A DNA stretch of 64,000 bases from a virus (lineage: Duplodnaviria; Caudoviricetes). This document shows positions 63,244 through 64,000 of this stretch, piece by piece (the stretch's first letter is position 1; the number at the start of each line of letters is the position of its first letter). A model generated the notes under the pieces. That model made no database searches. It was not told the origin of the DNA and was given only the letters and a program-made list of their open reading frames with translations. The position numbers and the translations under genes are program-made. Location: positions 32,001-96,000 of IMG/VR virus record IMGVR_UViG_3300042691_041259. One strand, 5' to 3'.

Positions 63244-64000
63244 TTATCTTCCTTGAAATTTGTTGATGTTTTGGTTAATTACAACTCCTCTAAATATATC
63301 TATAGATCTATCTATTACCGGCTCAGCCATCCATTTTTCAGGGTTAATAATAGTTTCCAAGTACGGAACTAGCGCATTAGAAATTTCTCGTGATGCAGCA
63401 TTCCACAAGTATGTAGGAGTATGATCTACTGAGTAATATGAAATGCCTCTTTCAAGTTCAATAATTGGACTTTCAAATGTGGTAGGTTCTGCAAAGTAGA
63501 ACCCCATGCCTTTATCACAGCTGATGTCTATGATTGCTACGTTATTTCTAAGGAGCGCAAGTTCATTGGGAGTTTTTACATACATTAGTGGAGAATTTAC
63601 ATTCTGCAGTATGCCATTGAATATGATATCCGCGTCGGCAAGATCACTACTTAGGTCATCGGTAGAAATGCACTTATACCATACGTCCGGATTTTTATCA
63701 GCTACCAAGTGTGAAGGCCTTTGAGTGTACACCGTGATATTATTGAATCCGCGACCCTGCAATGCATAGATTGCGCCTCGACTTACAGACCCATAGCCTA
63801 AAACTACTACTTTCTTTCTTGGACCGTAATGACCGTCCATTCCTTTAAGTTCTAAGAAATGCAAAACTCCGGCATACCCCGCAAGTTCATTGTTCCTATA
63901 GAATATGTGTAACTTTCCGTGCTTATTTGTTAGATTCATTTCTTCCCAAGCAAGCAGTGTTAGCTTCTTTTCAATTGCCAAATCAGCAATATCTTTCTGC
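63244..64000 (-). CDS. N5-(carboxyethyl)ornithine synthase-like / AlaDh-PNT family NAD(P)H oxidoreductase (5' end beyond right edge)
   Basis: Frame stays open to window end (..QKDIADLAIEKKLTLLAWEEM); FYRNNELAGYAGVLH, Rossmann VVLGYGSVSRGA, ADIIFN..LQ....P, IDISCD.G.GF.FA.PTT, Y.VDH.PTYLW.AAS.EIS. Confidence 0.75.
   Translation of the reverse strand, partial: QKDIADLAIEKKLTLLAWEEMNLTNKHGKLHIFYRNNELAGYAGVLHFLELKGMDGHYGPRKKVVVLGYGSVSRGAIYALQGRGFNNITVYTQRPSHLVADKNPDVWYKCISTDDLSSDLADADIIFNGILQNVNSPLMYVKTPNELALLRNNVAIIDISCDKGMGFYFAEPTTFESPIIELERGISYYSVDHTPTYLWNAASREISNALVPYLETIINPEKWMAEPVIDRSIDIFRGVVINQNINKFQGR

Noticed and set aside
1-64000. Alternative genetic code (stop recoding seen in some large phages)
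   Set aside because: Conserved genes are full length in the standard code, and TAG (terminase, 10768) and TGA (5102, 29418) both act as stops at gene ends.
1-64000. tRNA, rRNA, integrase, major capsid protein and prohead protease genes
   Set aside because: None recognised by eye; intergenic gaps are short and filled by promoters and terminators. Capsid and protease presumably lie outside the window; tRNAscan-SE was not run.

Overview
A 64-kb segment of a large T4-like (contractile-tailed) phage genome, standard genetic code, with essentially every real gene on the minus strand (the one exception is hsp20). The host is probably Bacteroidota: starts lack Shine-Dalgarno sites and are A-rich, there is a DUF2452-like gene, and an outer-membrane beta-barrel has a Gln at +1 after its signal peptide. 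Content: tail module (tape measure running off the left edge, gp26/gp51-like pair, tube, 1316-aa sheath), terminase large and small subunits, neck, a 1466-aa fibre built of Pro-poor G-S/T triplets, portal, gp2, gp4, gp55-type sigma factor, gp15; a T4-type replication/recombination set (RNase H, clamp and loader, gp46/47, gp41, UvsX, topoisomerase II, NAD ligase, class II RNR, dUTPase) with a family-B DNA polymerase split into two genes 12.6 kb apart; and accessory clusters. Most notable: (1) about 15 otherwise unrelated accessory proteins share an N-terminal MKH(V/I)K(T/S)(F/Y)E-x-F-x-x-E tag resembling the T4 capsid-targeting/protease-cleavage sequence, including a Pol-beta nucleotidyltransferase and a ParB/Srx-like protein, i.e. 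a candidate virion-delivered effector arsenal; (2) a canonical A_AAA_AAG -1 frameshift site with a downstream hairpin that would join two hypothetical ORFs across one SH3-like domain; (3) a GIY-YIG gene whose start codon is locked in a 20-bp hairpin that contains a late-promoter motif; (4) two distinct recurring promoter classes readable directly from the DNA. All family assignments come from motif recognition by eye; no database search was run.
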